A DNA stretch of 63,572 nucleotides, filler included. It is 6 parts of 6 records of this genome, joined end to end, with 100 filler letters (N's around TTAATTAATTAA, not from the genome) between each part and the next. Parts side by side here need not be neighbours in the genome. Positions count along the whole stretch, not along the records: positions 39,644 to 58,276 come from DRR378314_2396; 5 more parts are not named here. One strand, written 5' to 3'. Both the position numbers and the translations under genes were made by a program. Below the pieces are notes generated by a model, which had not been told where the DNA came from, ran no database searches, and worked only from the letters and a program-made list of their open reading frames with translations. Shown here piece after piece: positions 45,354-54,963 of this stretch (positions are counted from its first letter, which is position 1; every line of letters starts with the position of its first letter).

Positions 45354-45987
45354 CCTTATCTGTGCCTTGGTGCTGGCGGCCATCTGGCTGCGTTTGAGCG
45401 CTCGTCTGCCGTTGCCGGTGCGCGGCGGGCTGGCGGCCGCGCTGGTGGTCTGGTCGTTGCTGCCGTTTCCGGTCGGGCTGGCCGGCTGGGTGATGAGTTA
45501 TCTGAGCCACCTGAGTATTACCTCGGGCCTGCTGGCGGTGGCCGCCATTCACCACCGCCTGCGCGGCCGTTACTGGTTGCCGGTGGGACAGCTGCGGGCG
45601 GTGTGCGTGATGCTGGTGGGGCTGGCGCTGTTCTTCTACCCCATGAGCCTCGGGTCCAGCTACGCCGATCCCTATGCGCTGGGCTTCGGCGACATCCTGT
45701 TCAGCAGCGTGTTGCTGCTGATCGGCCTGTTCGCCTGGATGAACCGGGCCTACGCGCCCTGCGTGGTGTTGATCGCGGCCCAGGGGGCGTTCTACTTCAA
45801 CCTGCTGCACTCGGACAATCTCTGGGATTATCTGATCGATCCCTGGCTGGTGTTCTGGGCCACCGGCTGGTTGGTGCGTGATCGCCTGGTGGTGCGCCGC
45901 GACGTGCGCGCCGCGCGCCGCCAGGCCACGACCCGCGCCGGCGAGGCGCCCCGCCCCGCATCCGAGCCCGCCGGTTCCCGCTCCTGA
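45343..45987 (+). CDS. Conserved hypothetical integral membrane protein
   Basis: GTG start overlaps the BNR gene end. About 6 hydrophobic spans, FYPMSLG..DPYALG, SDNLWDYLIDP. Confidence 0.8.
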   Translation: MISSLICALVLAAIWLRLSARLPLPVRGGLAAALVVWSLLPFPVGLAGWVMSYLSHLSITSGLLAVAAIHHRLRGRYWLPVGQLRAVCVMLVGLALFFYPMSLGSSYADPYALGFGDILFSSVLLLIGLFAWMNRAYAPCVVLIAAQGAFYFNLLHSDNLWDYLIDPWLVFWATGWLVRDRLVVRRDVRAARRQATTRAGEAPRPASEPAGSRS

Positions 45988-46003
45988 GCCTTCCGGTGGC
46001 GCC

Positions 46004-47533
46004 TCAGGCCGCCGCCACCGGGCGGCGGTCGAACAGGCGGGCCATGCCGTAGCCCACCAGGAACATCACCAGATTGCCGATCAGGCCGGTGTAGTAGAGA
46101 TCGAACGGCGCGCTCAGCGCCGCCGGCATCAGCCCTTTGTTGGTGAGCACCGTCCAGCCGGTGAACAGCAGCGTCATGCCGATGCCGCACCAGGCGGCGC
46201 GCGCGTCACCCACGCGGGTCAGGAAGCCGAGCAGATACAACCCCAGCATGCCGCCGCCGAACAGCGACACCAGAATCGTGGAGGTGTCCTGCAGGGTGTG
46301 GGTGCTGGCGCCGTTGAGCCAGAGCGCGCCGAGGATCATCAGCACCGTCACCAGCGCCGCCACGGTGCGCGCCACCGTTAGATAGTGTTTATCGCTGAGC
46401 CCAGTGCGCAGGTGGCGCCGGTAGAGATCGACGATCGACACCGTGCTCACCGAGTTGATGCTGGAGTCCAGCGAGCTCATCGCCGCCGCCAGCGCCGCCG
46501 CCACCACCAGGCCGGCGATGCCGGACGGCAGGTACTCGGTGATGAACCAGGGCATGATCGATTCGGCCCGGGCCTCGCCGGTAAGCACCGCCGCGGCGGT
46601 GGGGTCCGGGTAGTGCTGGAAGAACACCCACAGGGCGGTGCCCAGCAACATATAGAACGCCCACACCGGCAGCGCGGTGAACAGGTACACCCACAGGCCC
46701 CGGCGCGCCTCTTTCATGGAGCGCGAGGCGCAGTAGCGCTGCACGGTGTTCTGGTTGCTGGAGTATTCCGTCAGCCAGTTGGTCAGGCCGATCAGCAGCA
46801 TCATGGTGACGGTCTTCTCACTCAGCGACGGCTGCCAGCGCACCGGCTGCGGCGTGCCGTCGTCGAACTCCGCGAGCGCGAACTTGCCCGCCGCCGAGGC
46901 TTCCCGGAACACCTGCCCCAGGCCGCCGGGCAGCGCTTCCACCACCACCCAGATGCACAGCAGCCCGCCGATCATCAACACCACGGTCTGCAGCACGTCG
47001 GTCCAGATCACCGCGTCGATGCCGCCGATAATGGTGTACAGGCCGACGAACAGGCCGGCGCCGACGATCGCGGTGGTCGGCGTCACGTCCACCAGCTGCT
47101 GGATCAGCAACGACAGCAGCCACAGGATCATCGCCAGGCGCACCAGCTGGGCGACGATGAACGCCAGGGCGCCGTACACCCGCACGCTGGGGCCGAAGCG
47201 CTGTTCCAGAAACTCGTAGGCGCTGGTCATGTTGCCGCGCCGGAAAAACGGCAGGAACACATAGGCGGCCACGAACAGCGCCACCGGCAGCGCCAGGTTG
47301 GGCAGATAACGCAGCCAGCCGGTCTTGAACGCGTCCGCCGGGTAGGCCAGGAAGGTGATCGAGCTGATCGAGGTGCCCACCAGGGACAGGCCGATCACCC
47401 AGCCCCGGAAGCGCCGCCCGCCGACGAAATACTCCTCGGTGCTGGTATTGCGGCGGGCGAAGTAAAACCCGATCAGCAGCACCACCGCCAGATAGGCCAA
47501 CAGCACCGCCCAGTCGAGCAGCGACAGGGTCAT
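46004..47533 (-). CDS. Sodium:solute symporter (SLC5/SSS family)
   Basis: EYFVGGR, SAYEFLEQRF, GGIDAVIWTD, QNTVQRY, AAAMSSLDSSINS. Confidence 0.93.
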   Translation of the reverse strand: MTLSLLDWAVLLAYLAVVLLIGFYFARRNTSTEEYFVGGRRFRGWVIGLSLVGTSISSITFLAYPADAFKTGWLRYLPNLALPVALFVAAYVFLPFFRRGNMTSAYEFLEQRFGPSVRVYGALAFIVAQLVRLAMILWLLSLLIQQLVDVTPTTAIVGAGLFVGLYTIIGGIDAVIWTDVLQTVVLMIGGLLCIWVVVEALPGGLGQVFREASAAGKFALAEFDDGTPQPVRWQPSLSEKTVTMMLLIGLTNWLTEYSSNQNTVQRYCASRSMKEARRGLWVYLFTALPVWAFYMLLGTALWVFFQHYPDPTAAAVLTGEARAESIMPWFITEYLPSGIAGLVVAAALAAAMSSLDSSINSVSTVSIVDLYRRHLRTGLSDKHYLTVARTVAALVTVLMILGALWLNGASTHTLQDTSTILVSLFGGGMLGLYLLGFLTRVGDARAAWCGIGMTLLFTGWTVLTNKGLMPAALSAPFDLYYTGLIGNLVMFLVGYGMARLFDRRPVAAA

Positions 47534-48108
47534 TGCTGAATGTACACGTCGTCGGCCTGGTCGCCGCGCTCGGACTCGCGAATCACGAAGCGCACCCGGG
47601 TGCCGGTGCGCAGGCTGCGGCGGCCGCCGTTCCGCACCGCCTTGAAGTGGACGAAAATCTCTTCGCCGCTATCGTCGAGAATAAAGCCGAAGCCTTTATT
47701 GGGGTTGAACCACTTCACCTCGCCCTGTCGGCGGCCGTCCCGGGCGAGACGGCCCCAGGGCGCCAGCGGCAGCAGGTACACCAGCACCGGGGCCCACAAC
47801 CAGGCGCCGTCCAGCGTGAACACCGGCGCCCCGTGGCTGGCCACCAGCCCGGCCAGATAGAAGAACACCGCCACGTGCAGGGCGGTGCGCGTGCGGCCGC
47901 CGGCCAGGCAGACCAGATTCACCGCCGCCGCCAGCAGCAGGCCCAGGCCGGTTTGCTGGCTGAGCAGGGGAGAGACCAGCAATGTTTGATCGCCGCCGTG
48001 TACGAAAAGAATAAAGGCGTGCGGGGCGAACAGCAGCCAGGCACCGGGTAACGCAAGCAAAAGGGCGGCCAGGACGTAGAACGCCGCCAGGGGTTTGGAA
48101 ACTTTCAT
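47530..48108 (-). CDS. Membrane-anchored cold-shock domain protein
   Basis: About 4 N-terminal hydrophobic spans plus CSD (GEVKWFNPNKGFGFI, EIFVHF). ATGA overlap with the symporter. Confidence 0.88.
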   Translation of the reverse strand: MKVSKPLAAFYVLAALLLALPGAWLLFAPHAFILFVHGGDQTLLVSPLLSQQTGLGLLLAAAVNLVCLAGGRTRTALHVAVFFYLAGLVASHGAPVFTLDGAWLWAPVLVYLLPLAPWGRLARDGRRQGEVKWFNPNKGFGFILDDSGEEIFVHFKAVRNGGRRSLRTGTRVRFVIRESERGDQADDVYIQQ

Positions 48109-48290
48109 TGATCGACGAACCTTGTTGGTGACTCGAAAAAAGGAAACAAATCGCCGTGCAAAGAGGCGAGCGGCTTCGGGAGGCTCCCGCATTATCGTTA
48201 TCGCCGCGCCGCCATTGTAACGAAGCGGCACGGTAATCTCATGTTCACGTTGGCCTCGCCTGGCCGCCCCGGGGTCAGTATCCTGTCGCC

Positions 48291-49331
48291 ATGGAGTTTC
48301 CCTTTCTCACCGACGCCTTTCTCAACGCCCTGCAAGACACCGGCGCCGCCACGCCGAGCCGTGGTTGGGGGCCCTGTCACCTGCGTGACGGCGACGCCCT
48401 GATGCCGATCTACGCCCGCGACGGCTCGCGCGGCGAGTACGTGTTCGATTTCGCCTGGGCGGACGCCTACCAGCGTAACGGGCTGGCCTATTACCCCAAG
48501 CTGGTCACCGCGATTCCGTTTACGCCGGTGGTCGGCCCGCGCTGGCGTGGCGACTGGCGGCCCCAGCAACTGTGGGAAGGGGTGCGCGAGCGGATCCGCG
48601 AGCAGGGCGCCAGCGGCTGGCACCTGCTGTTCCCGGATCAGGCCGCGCGGGAAGCCCTGCAAGAGCTGCCCCTGGTGGAGCGGCAGGCCTGCCACTTCCG
48701 CTGGTTCAACCGGGGCTATCGTGATTTCGACGAGTTCCTGGCCGGCTTTAACTCCCGCAAGCGCAAAAGCGTGCGCCGCGAACGGCGGCGGGTGGCCGAA
48801 CAGGGGCTCACCGTCACGCGCCTCACCGGCGCCGACATCGACCCGCAAAGCTGGCGTTTCTTTTTCCACTGCTACGCCAACACCTATCTGGTGCGCGGAC
48901 AGCTGCCCTATCTCAGCGAGGCGTTCTTCCGGCGCCTGGCCGAACAGCTTGGGGATCAGGTGCTGCTGGTGGTGGCCAGCGACGGCGACGAACCGGTGGC
49001 CGCCGGCCTCTATCTGTTTGACGACCGGGCGCTGTACGGCCGCTACTGGGGCAGCGTGCGCGAATACGACGCGCTGCACTTCGAGGTCTGCTACTACCAG
49101 GGCATTGAGTTTGCCATCGAGCGGGGCCTGGCGGAATTCGACCCGGGCGTGCAGGGCGAGCACAAGATTCTGCGCGGCTTCGAGCCGGTGCTCACCTACT
49201 CTTTGCACTGGCTGGCGGAGCCCGCCTTTCAGGATGCGGTGGCGGACTTTTGCCAGCGCGAGGCGCGCCACGTGCACGCCTACCGGGAGGAGGCGCGCGG
49301 CTTGCTGCCGTACCGGACGGGCGTCCTCTAA
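48291..49331 (+). CDS. FemAB-like GNAT family protein (DUF482)
   Basis: SRGEYVFDFAWADA, YYPKL..AIPFTP, LYGRYWG, HFEVCYYQGI, QGEHKI.RGFEP. Confidence 0.9.
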   Translation: MEFPFLTDAFLNALQDTGAATPSRGWGPCHLRDGDALMPIYARDGSRGEYVFDFAWADAYQRNGLAYYPKLVTAIPFTPVVGPRWRGDWRPQQLWEGVRERIREQGASGWHLLFPDQAAREALQELPLVERQACHFRWFNRGYRDFDEFLAGFNSRKRKSVRRERRRVAEQGLTVTRLTGADIDPQSWRFFFHCYANTYLVRGQLPYLSEAFFRRLAEQLGDQVLLVVASDGDEPVAAGLYLFDDRALYGRYWGSVREYDALHFEVCYYQGIEFAIERGLAEFDPGVQGEHKILRGFEPVLTYSLHWLAEPAFQDAVADFCQREARHVHAYREEARGLLPYRTGVL

Positions 49332-49708
49332 GCGGGCTGGGCGGCGAGCGCCGGCGCCTGGCCGCGCTGGATCATCAACGCCATGGTGACCGGATCGCAG
49401 GGATCGTGGCGGTGGTGGTAGGAGCACTTGGGGCCCAGCTCGGCGGTGACGTCGTCCAGGGCGTCGTCCTCCGGCAGGTCCAGGTTGGCCAGGTATTCCA
49501 GCACCCGGCCTTTCTCGTCCACCAGGGTGCCCATGTAAAGACGCTGGTCGCATTGACGCACGCTGGCGAACAGGGCGGTTTCCACACGCACGCCTTGCCG
49601 GCTCAGCCAATCGGTAAGCGCCGGGTCCAGGCGGCCTTCGCGGATAGCCAGGGTGGTTTCATGAACCGCTTGCCAGGTGTTGCGGTGGCTGTTCTTGGTG
49701 ATCTCCAT
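49328..49708 (-). CDS. Hypothetical protein
   Basis: 126-aa ORF with ATG and GC-rich third positions. No recognised domain. Confidence 0.6.
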   Translation of the reverse strand: MEITKNSHRNTWQAVHETTLAIREGRLDPALTDWLSRQGVRVETALFASVRQCDQRLYMGTLVDEKGRVLEYLANLDLPEDDALDDVTAELGPKCSYHHRHDPCDPVTMALMIQRGQAPALAAQPA

Positions 49709-49862
49709 GGATGTGTGTCTCCCAGTGTCCCTCGTGACGGTTCCCCCGAACCGTCGTCCCCCGGCTCCCCCAGAGCCGACAATGCGAACTCTATCACAGT
49801 TTAAAAACTAGCCAACCCTGGGAGATAGGCCCCTTTCTAGCGGCTATCGTCGGGTTTGGGTA

Positions 49863-51656
49863 TCAGCCTTTCGATGGAAAAAGCGGCGGCATGGGGCTGT
49901 CGAGCAGGGTGCACAGGGCACGCAGCAGCTCGGCCTCCGCCACCTGCACCTGGCCGTCGGCGAGCACCAGGTCGGCGGCGGCGTCGATCAGCGGCGCTTT
50001 GAGCAGGGGGGTCAGGCGCGCCAGCCGCGCGATGGCTGGGTCCAGACGGTTGGGCGTGCAGCGCTCCGGCGCCAGCAGCAGGCGGCCGGCCGGGAGGAGA
50101 CCATGGGTGGCACGCTGGAAGCCGCTCAGGGCGGTGCCCCGGGCCGAGTCGCCGGCCCAGGCCAGGGCGGAAAATACCACCTGGATGTCGTTGGCCACCG
50201 CCGCCAGGCGGTGGATGTCCGGGCGCGGCAGGGCACGGCGCGGTGCCCCCAGATGGCGCTCGGCGATGGCGGTCAGCGCCCAGCACAGCAGGTCCTGGTC
50301 GCGCCGCCGCGCGGTGAGCGTCCGCAGCTGCTTGAGGATCACCGGGCGGCGCTCCGGTGGGGCCTGGCGCAGGGTGGCCAGGGCCAGATCGAGCAGCGGC
50401 AGGCGCAGCCGGGTGCCCAGTGCCGAGACCTGATCGACCAGCGCGGCGCGGCGGCCACGGCGCAGTGCCGGTGGCGGGCGAACGTCGCCCAGCGCCAGGG
50501 CGTAGAGCACGCATTCCGCCCCTTCCTGGGCGTGCAGGGCCTGGTACAGGCCGGCGGGCAGGGTGTCCACCAGCGTCCGGGCGTAGCCCAGGTTGTCGTC
50601 GTCCAGGCGGCCGATGCGTTCCGAGGGAACGGGCGCGGGTGACGGCGATGAGTCGGTTCGGGCGCGCACCCGGGCGCGGGCCGCCCAGTGGGCGCCCAGG
50701 GCATGCAGCCGCTGGTCCAGGGTGGGGTGGGTGGCGAGCAGGCGGCGCAGGCGGAACGCCAGGGTTTCCGCGAAGCCCATGTGGCTGAGGTCCTCGGCGT
50801 GCACGCTGCGCAGGTGCGAGCCGTTGCCGTTACGGATCTTGATCAGGGCGCCGGCCAGGCCCGCCGGCTGCCGGGTGAACTGCACCGCGCTGGCGTCCGC
50901 CAGCCGCTCCCGCTGGCGGGAAATGGCCGCCTTGATCAGGCGCCCGAAAAACAGCCCCGCGTAGCCGATGGCCATCAGCACCAGGCCGGCGAGAGTTAGC
51001 AGGCCGCCGTTTCGGCGACGGTCGCTGGTGGGCGACATATGAAGCAGGAACTCGCCCAGCTTGCCGACCGTGAGAATGCCGGCCAGTGCCGCCATCAGCC
51101 GCAGGTTGATGCGCACATCGCCGTTCAGAATATGGCTGAATTCATGGGCCACCACACCCTGAAGCTCGTCCCGGTCCAGTTGCGCCAGGGCGCCCTCGGT
51201 GACCACCAGCACCGCCCGCGACGGCGTGGGCCCGGCCACGAACGCATTGATGCCGGTCTCGCCGGGCAGCACATAGGTGCGCGGCATAATGGTGCCGGCG
51301 GCCAGGCTCATCTCCTCGACCACATTGCGCAGGCGGCGCTCCGCCGGGTCGCCGCTGTGGCTGGCGATTTCCCGGGCGCCGAGCATTGCCGCCAGGCTCT
51401 CGCCGCCGTGGCGAAGTTGCCAGGCCTTACGCAGGGAACCCGCCAACAACAGCCCCAGGGTGCCCAGCGTGACCCACCAGAAGGCGTCGCCCGCGAACCA
51501 GCCGCCGGCGGCCGCCCCCGGCCGCGGCCACCATTGCCAGGCCAGCCAGCAGGCCAGGTTCACCGCCGCCACCACGGCGGCCAGGGCGAGCAGGAAGTAG
51601 AGCGCCAGCAGCAGCGTGCGCCGCCGGGCCCGTTCCTGATGTTGGAAGAAGTTCAT
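49863..51656 (-). CDS. M48 family (HtpX-like) zinc metalloprotease
   Basis: NVVEEMSLA, INAF, AHEFSH, ISRQRE.LADA, THP. Confidence 0.92.
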   Translation of the reverse strand: MNFFQHQERARRRTLLLALYFLLALAAVVAAVNLACWLAWQWWPRPGAAAGGWFAGDAFWWVTLGTLGLLLAGSLRKAWQLRHGGESLAAMLGAREIASHSGDPAERRLRNVVEEMSLAAGTIMPRTYVLPGETGINAFVAGPTPSRAVLVVTEGALAQLDRDELQGVVAHEFSHILNGDVRINLRLMAALAGILTVGKLGEFLLHMSPTSDRRRNGGLLTLAGLVLMAIGYAGLFFGRLIKAAISRQRERLADASAVQFTRQPAGLAGALIKIRNGNGSHLRSVHAEDLSHMGFAETLAFRLRRLLATHPTLDQRLHALGAHWAARARVRARTDSSPSPAPVPSERIGRLDDDNLGYARTLVDTLPAGLYQALHAQEGAECVLYALALGDVRPPPALRRGRRAALVDQVSALGTRLRLPLLDLALATLRQAPPERRPVILKQLRTLTARRRDQDLLCWALTAIAERHLGAPRRALPRPDIHRLAAVANDIQVVFSALAWAGDSARGTALSGFQRATHGLLPAGRLLLAPERCTPNRLDPAIARLARLTPLLKAPLIDAAADLVLADGQVQVAEAELLRALCTLLDSPMPPLFPSKG

Positions 51657-51666
51657 TGGCGTGGCG

Positions 51667-52254
51667 TCAGAAAGTGACGTTCACCGCCTGACGTGCCCGC
51701 GGGTCGTCGATTTCCAGCAGCTCGGCGGCACGGAATGGCCCGAACAGGCCGCTGACCAGGTTGTTGGGAAACTGTTCCCGGTAGGTGTTGTAGTGCATCA
51801 CCGCGTCGTTGAAGGCCTGACGGGCGAAGCCGATGCGGTTTTCCGTGCTGCTCAGTTCTTCCATCAGCTCGGCCATGGTCTGGTTGGCCTTGAGGTCCGG
51901 GTAGCTTTCGCTGACCGCCAGCAGCCGCGACAGGCTGCCGGAAAGCAGGGATTCGGCCCGCCCGAGGCGGCCGATGGCGGCGCCGTCCTCGGGGTCGGCG
52001 GCGGCGTCGCGGCGCGCGCCCTCCGCCTGGTTGCGGGCCTCGGTGACCCGCGACAGGGTTTCCCGCTCATGGTCCATGTAGGCCTTGGCGGTTTCCACCA
52101 GGTTGGGTATCAGATCGTGGCGCCGTTGCAGCTGCACGTCGATCTGCGCGAAGGCGTTCTTGAAGCGGTTCTTAAGGCTCACCAGCCGGTTGTAAATAAC
52201 CACCAGCCCGACGCCGATGGCGATCAGTACGCCGAAAAACAGCCAGGTCCCCAT
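51667..52254 (-). CDS. lemA: LemA family protein
   Basis: YNRLV, IDVQLQRRHDLIPNLVE, ESYPDLKAN, TENRI.FARQ. Confidence 0.95.
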   Translation of the reverse strand: MGTWLFFGVLIAIGVGLVVIYNRLVSLKNRFKNAFAQIDVQLQRRHDLIPNLVETAKAYMDHERETLSRVTEARNQAEGARRDAAADPEDGAAIGRLGRAESLLSGSLSRLLAVSESYPDLKANQTMAELMEELSSTENRIGFARQAFNDAVMHYNTYREQFPNNLVSGLFGPFRAAELLEIDDPRARQAVNVTF

Positions 52255-52331
52255 GGTTCCCTTCCCCTTTATTTATTAGCCATGGGATTGGATACCGGGG
52301 CGGGTTTCCCGTCAAGCGACCAAGGCGCGTC

Positions 52332-53261
52332 TCAGAAACTCCCCGGGTGAACCGGGATGTAGTGGTCCACCAGCAGGGCGGTGAACAGCACGAACAGGTA
52401 GACGATGGAATAGCCGAAGGTTTTCATCGGCAGCTTCGGGTCCTTGCTGAAGCGCAAGCGCACCGCGTGAACCAGGAAGATGCCGCTGAGAATCACCGCG
52501 CTGACCAGATAGATCAGCCCGCTCATGCCGGTGAGGTAGGGCAGCAGCGAGCAGATGAACAGCAGAATGGTGTAATAGAGCACCGATTCCCGGGTGAAGG
52601 GAATGCCGTGGGTCACCGGCAGCATCGGCACGTCGGCCTTGGCGTATTCGTCGGCGCGGTGGATCGCCAAGGCCCAGAAATGCGGCGGCGTCCACACGAA
52701 GATAATCAGCACCAGCAGCCAGGCGTAGGGGTGCAGTTCGTTGGTGACCGCGGTCCAGCCCAGCAGCGGCGGAATGGCGCCGGCGATGCCGCCGATCACG
52801 ATGTTCTGCGGAGTGGCCCGCTTCAGGTACAGGGTGTAAACGAAGGCGTAGCCGACGAAGCCGAACAGGGTGAGCCCGGCGGTGAGCGGGTTGACCAGAA
52901 AATAGAGCATCGCCATGGACGCCAGCGCCAGCGCCACCGCGAAGGTGATCGCCGCCTTCGGCGACAGCTTGCCGGCCACCAGCGGCCGCTTCTCGGTGCG
53001 CTTCATGATCGCGTCGATCTTCTGATCCATGATCTGGTTGATCGCCGCGGACGCCATCATCGCCAGGTAGAGCCCGGCAAAGGCGGGAATAAAGGTGGAC
53101 AGCGGCACCATGCCCGGCGGGTCCGTGGCCAGGAACATGCCGGCCACCGCGGTGACCATCAGCAGCATCACCACGCCGGGCTTGGTCAGCGCCAGATAGT
53201 CACGCCAGTGGGGCGTGCCGGTGCCGTTGTTCTGTTCGCTTACGGCGGATTTCTCGCTCAA
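52332..53261 (-). CDS. cyoE: Protoheme IX farnesyltransferase (heme O synthase)
   Basis: LTKPGV, DAIMKRT..RP, YTLYLKRATPQNIVIGG, WTPPHFWALA. TTG start overlaps the ctaA stop. Confidence 0.95.
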   Translation of the reverse strand: MSEKSAVSEQNNGTGTPHWRDYLALTKPGVVMLLMVTAVAGMFLATDPPGMVPLSTFIPAFAGLYLAMMASAAINQIMDQKIDAIMKRTEKRPLVAGKLSPKAAITFAVALALASMAMLYFLVNPLTAGLTLFGFVGYAFVYTLYLKRATPQNIVIGGIAGAIPPLLGWTAVTNELHPYAWLLVLIIFVWTPPHFWALAIHRADEYAKADVPMLPVTHGIPFTRESVLYYTILLFICSLLPYLTGMSGLIYLVSAVILSGIFLVHAVRLRFSKDPKLPMKTFGYSIVYLFVLFTALLVDHYIPVHPGSF

Positions 53262-54346
53262 AGCGCACTCTCCTCGGATTGCGGGTGGCGTGCGGCGCAC
53301 TTCACGTTGATGGCACGGATAAACAACACCAGCGACACCAGCAACACCACGGCGCCGAAGTTGTGGGCCACGGCCACCGCCAGCGGTACCGCGAACACCA
53401 CATTACTGATTCCCAGGCCGATCTGCACGGTCAGCAGCCCGAGTATGGTGAGCGCGAAGTTGCGGAAGAACACGCTGCGCGCGCGCAGCAGGATGCGGCC
53501 CACCAGCAGCAGCCCCAGCACCGTGACCAGCAGCGCGCCGAAGCGATGCATCACATGGATGGTGGTGCGGGCGTCATTCTGTAGCACGCCGAACTCATAG
53601 TCCGGTTTGTCGTGCTCGTGGCCCCAGAACACAAAGGCGTCCTCGAAATTGAGGTGCTCGGTCCAGCCGTCCTCGCACACCGGCAGCTCGGTGCACACCA
53701 CGGCCGCGTAGTTGGCGGTGGTCCAGCCGCCCAGGGCGATCTGCAGCACCAGCGCCGCCAGTGTGATCGAGGCTAGCGGCTTCATGCTGCGCACGTCGCA
53801 GTCGTTGAGGAAGCTGGGCCAGCGGTACAGACGCGCCGCCAACAGCGCCAGCAGGGTGAAGGTGGTGAAGCCGCCGAGCAGGTGCAGCATCACGATGGTG
53901 GGCTGCAGCCCCATGGTCACCGTCCACATGCCGAGAATGCCCTGGAAGATCACCAGCGCCACCAGGAACAGCGGCAGCTTCACCGGCTGTTTGACGCGCT
54001 TGCGGTTGGCCACCCCGAGCGCGGCGATGATCAGAATCATCAGGCCCAGGGCGGAGGCGAAATAGCGGTGCACCATTTCCGGCACGGTTTTGTGGGCCTC
54101 GCGCAGGGCGCCCGGGGCGATCTCATTCTGTTCGTTAACGTGGGAAATGGCCTTGCGCACGTCCAGATGGCCGTAGCAGCCGGGCCAGTCCGGGCAGCCC
54201 AGGCCGGCGTCGGAGAGCCGGGTCCAGGCGCCCAGGATAATCACGCCGGCGGCCATCAGCAGGGCCAGAACGGTCAGGCGGCGCATCCAGATTTGCGAGC
54301 GCGTCGGCGCGTCGTTGAGGTCGGAACGGTGTGCGTTGAGATGCAT
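53258..54346 (-). CDS. ctaA: Heme A synthase (COX15/CtaA)
   Basis: RLSDAGLGCPDWPGCYG, EMVHR, HLLGG, HVMHR, AVAHN. Confidence 0.93.
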   Translation of the reverse strand: MHLNAHRSDLNDAPTRSQIWMRRLTVLALLMAAGVIILGAWTRLSDAGLGCPDWPGCYGHLDVRKAISHVNEQNEIAPGALREAHKTVPEMVHRYFASALGLMILIIAALGVANRKRVKQPVKLPLFLVALVIFQGILGMWTVTMGLQPTIVMLHLLGGFTTFTLLALLAARLYRWPSFLNDCDVRSMKPLASITLAALVLQIALGGWTTANYAAVVCTELPVCEDGWTEHLNFEDAFVFWGHEHDKPDYEFGVLQNDARTTIHVMHRFGALLVTVLGLLLVGRILLRARSVFFRNFALTILGLLTVQIGLGISNVVFAVPLAVAVAHNFGAVVLLVSLVLFIRAINVKCAARHPQSEESAL

Positions 54347-54359
54347 GGTTATCGGGACC

Positions 54360-54959
54360 TTAGATCAGGGAGCCTTTGAGGGTGCGCTCAAGATCCAGGC
54401 GGATGTTCTCCGCCTCTTCCAGGGTGGCATCCATGCTCTCGTGGGTGGGGTAGCGCAGGAAGATCTGGCCGTCCGGGCTGACCACGAAAATATCCCCCAC
54501 CGGTGCGTCCGTGGCCGGCGCCAGCGCCTCGCGGACGGTTTGCGGGTCGCCGTCCACTTCCACGGTGCCGGCCACGTTATCCTCCAGGAAAGCGCTCAAC
54601 TCGGGATTGGCCGGGGCGGTGTGAACGATCACACGGCGCAGCCGTTCCATGTTTTCGCCCAGCGTCTGCTGGACCTGGCGCATCTGGTAGTAGAGGCCGT
54701 TCTTGCAGGCCTTGCCGCATTCGGCGCCGGCCACGTACATCAGCGTCCAGAGGCCGGCGGTGTCCTCGCCGTCGTAGGGTTCGCCACTGTCGTCACGCAG
54801 CGCCAGGGTGTCCAGCTGGATATGCGGAATCAGCAGCTCGCCCTTGTTTTCGCGGGGCAGTTCCCAGGGGTCGACGAAATAGCGACCGGCGATGAAGAAC
54901 AGTACAAAGGGACCGACGATGGCCAGCAAGGTCAGCCTGTTTTTGTTGCGTGGAGACAT
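54360..54959 (-). CDS. Cox-cluster membrane-anchored protein (SCO/thioredoxin-like, CxxxC)
   Basis: N-terminal TM, NKGEL, CGKAC, PDG..FLRY, DLERTLK. Lies between surf1 and ctaA. Confidence 0.75.
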   Translation of the reverse strand: MSPRNKNRLTLLAIVGPFVLFFIAGRYFVDPWELPRENKGELLIPHIQLDTLALRDDSGEPYDGEDTAGLWTLMYVAGAECGKACKNGLYYQMRQVQQTLGENMERLRRVIVHTAPANPELSAFLEDNVAGTVEVDGDPQTVREALAPATDAPVGDIFVVSPDGQIFLRYPTHESMDATLEEAENIRLDLERTLKGSLI

Positions 54960-54963
54960 CAGT

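Noticed and set aside
49863-52254. lemA-htpX-like pair as a novel system
   Set aside because: Common, previously described gene pair.
39671-53600. Long alternative-frame or antisense ORFs (e.g. 39671-41014, 44611-45810, 46385-47539, 48198-49610, 52347-53600)
   Set aside because: Shadow ORFs of real genes in high-GC DNA, with no motifs.
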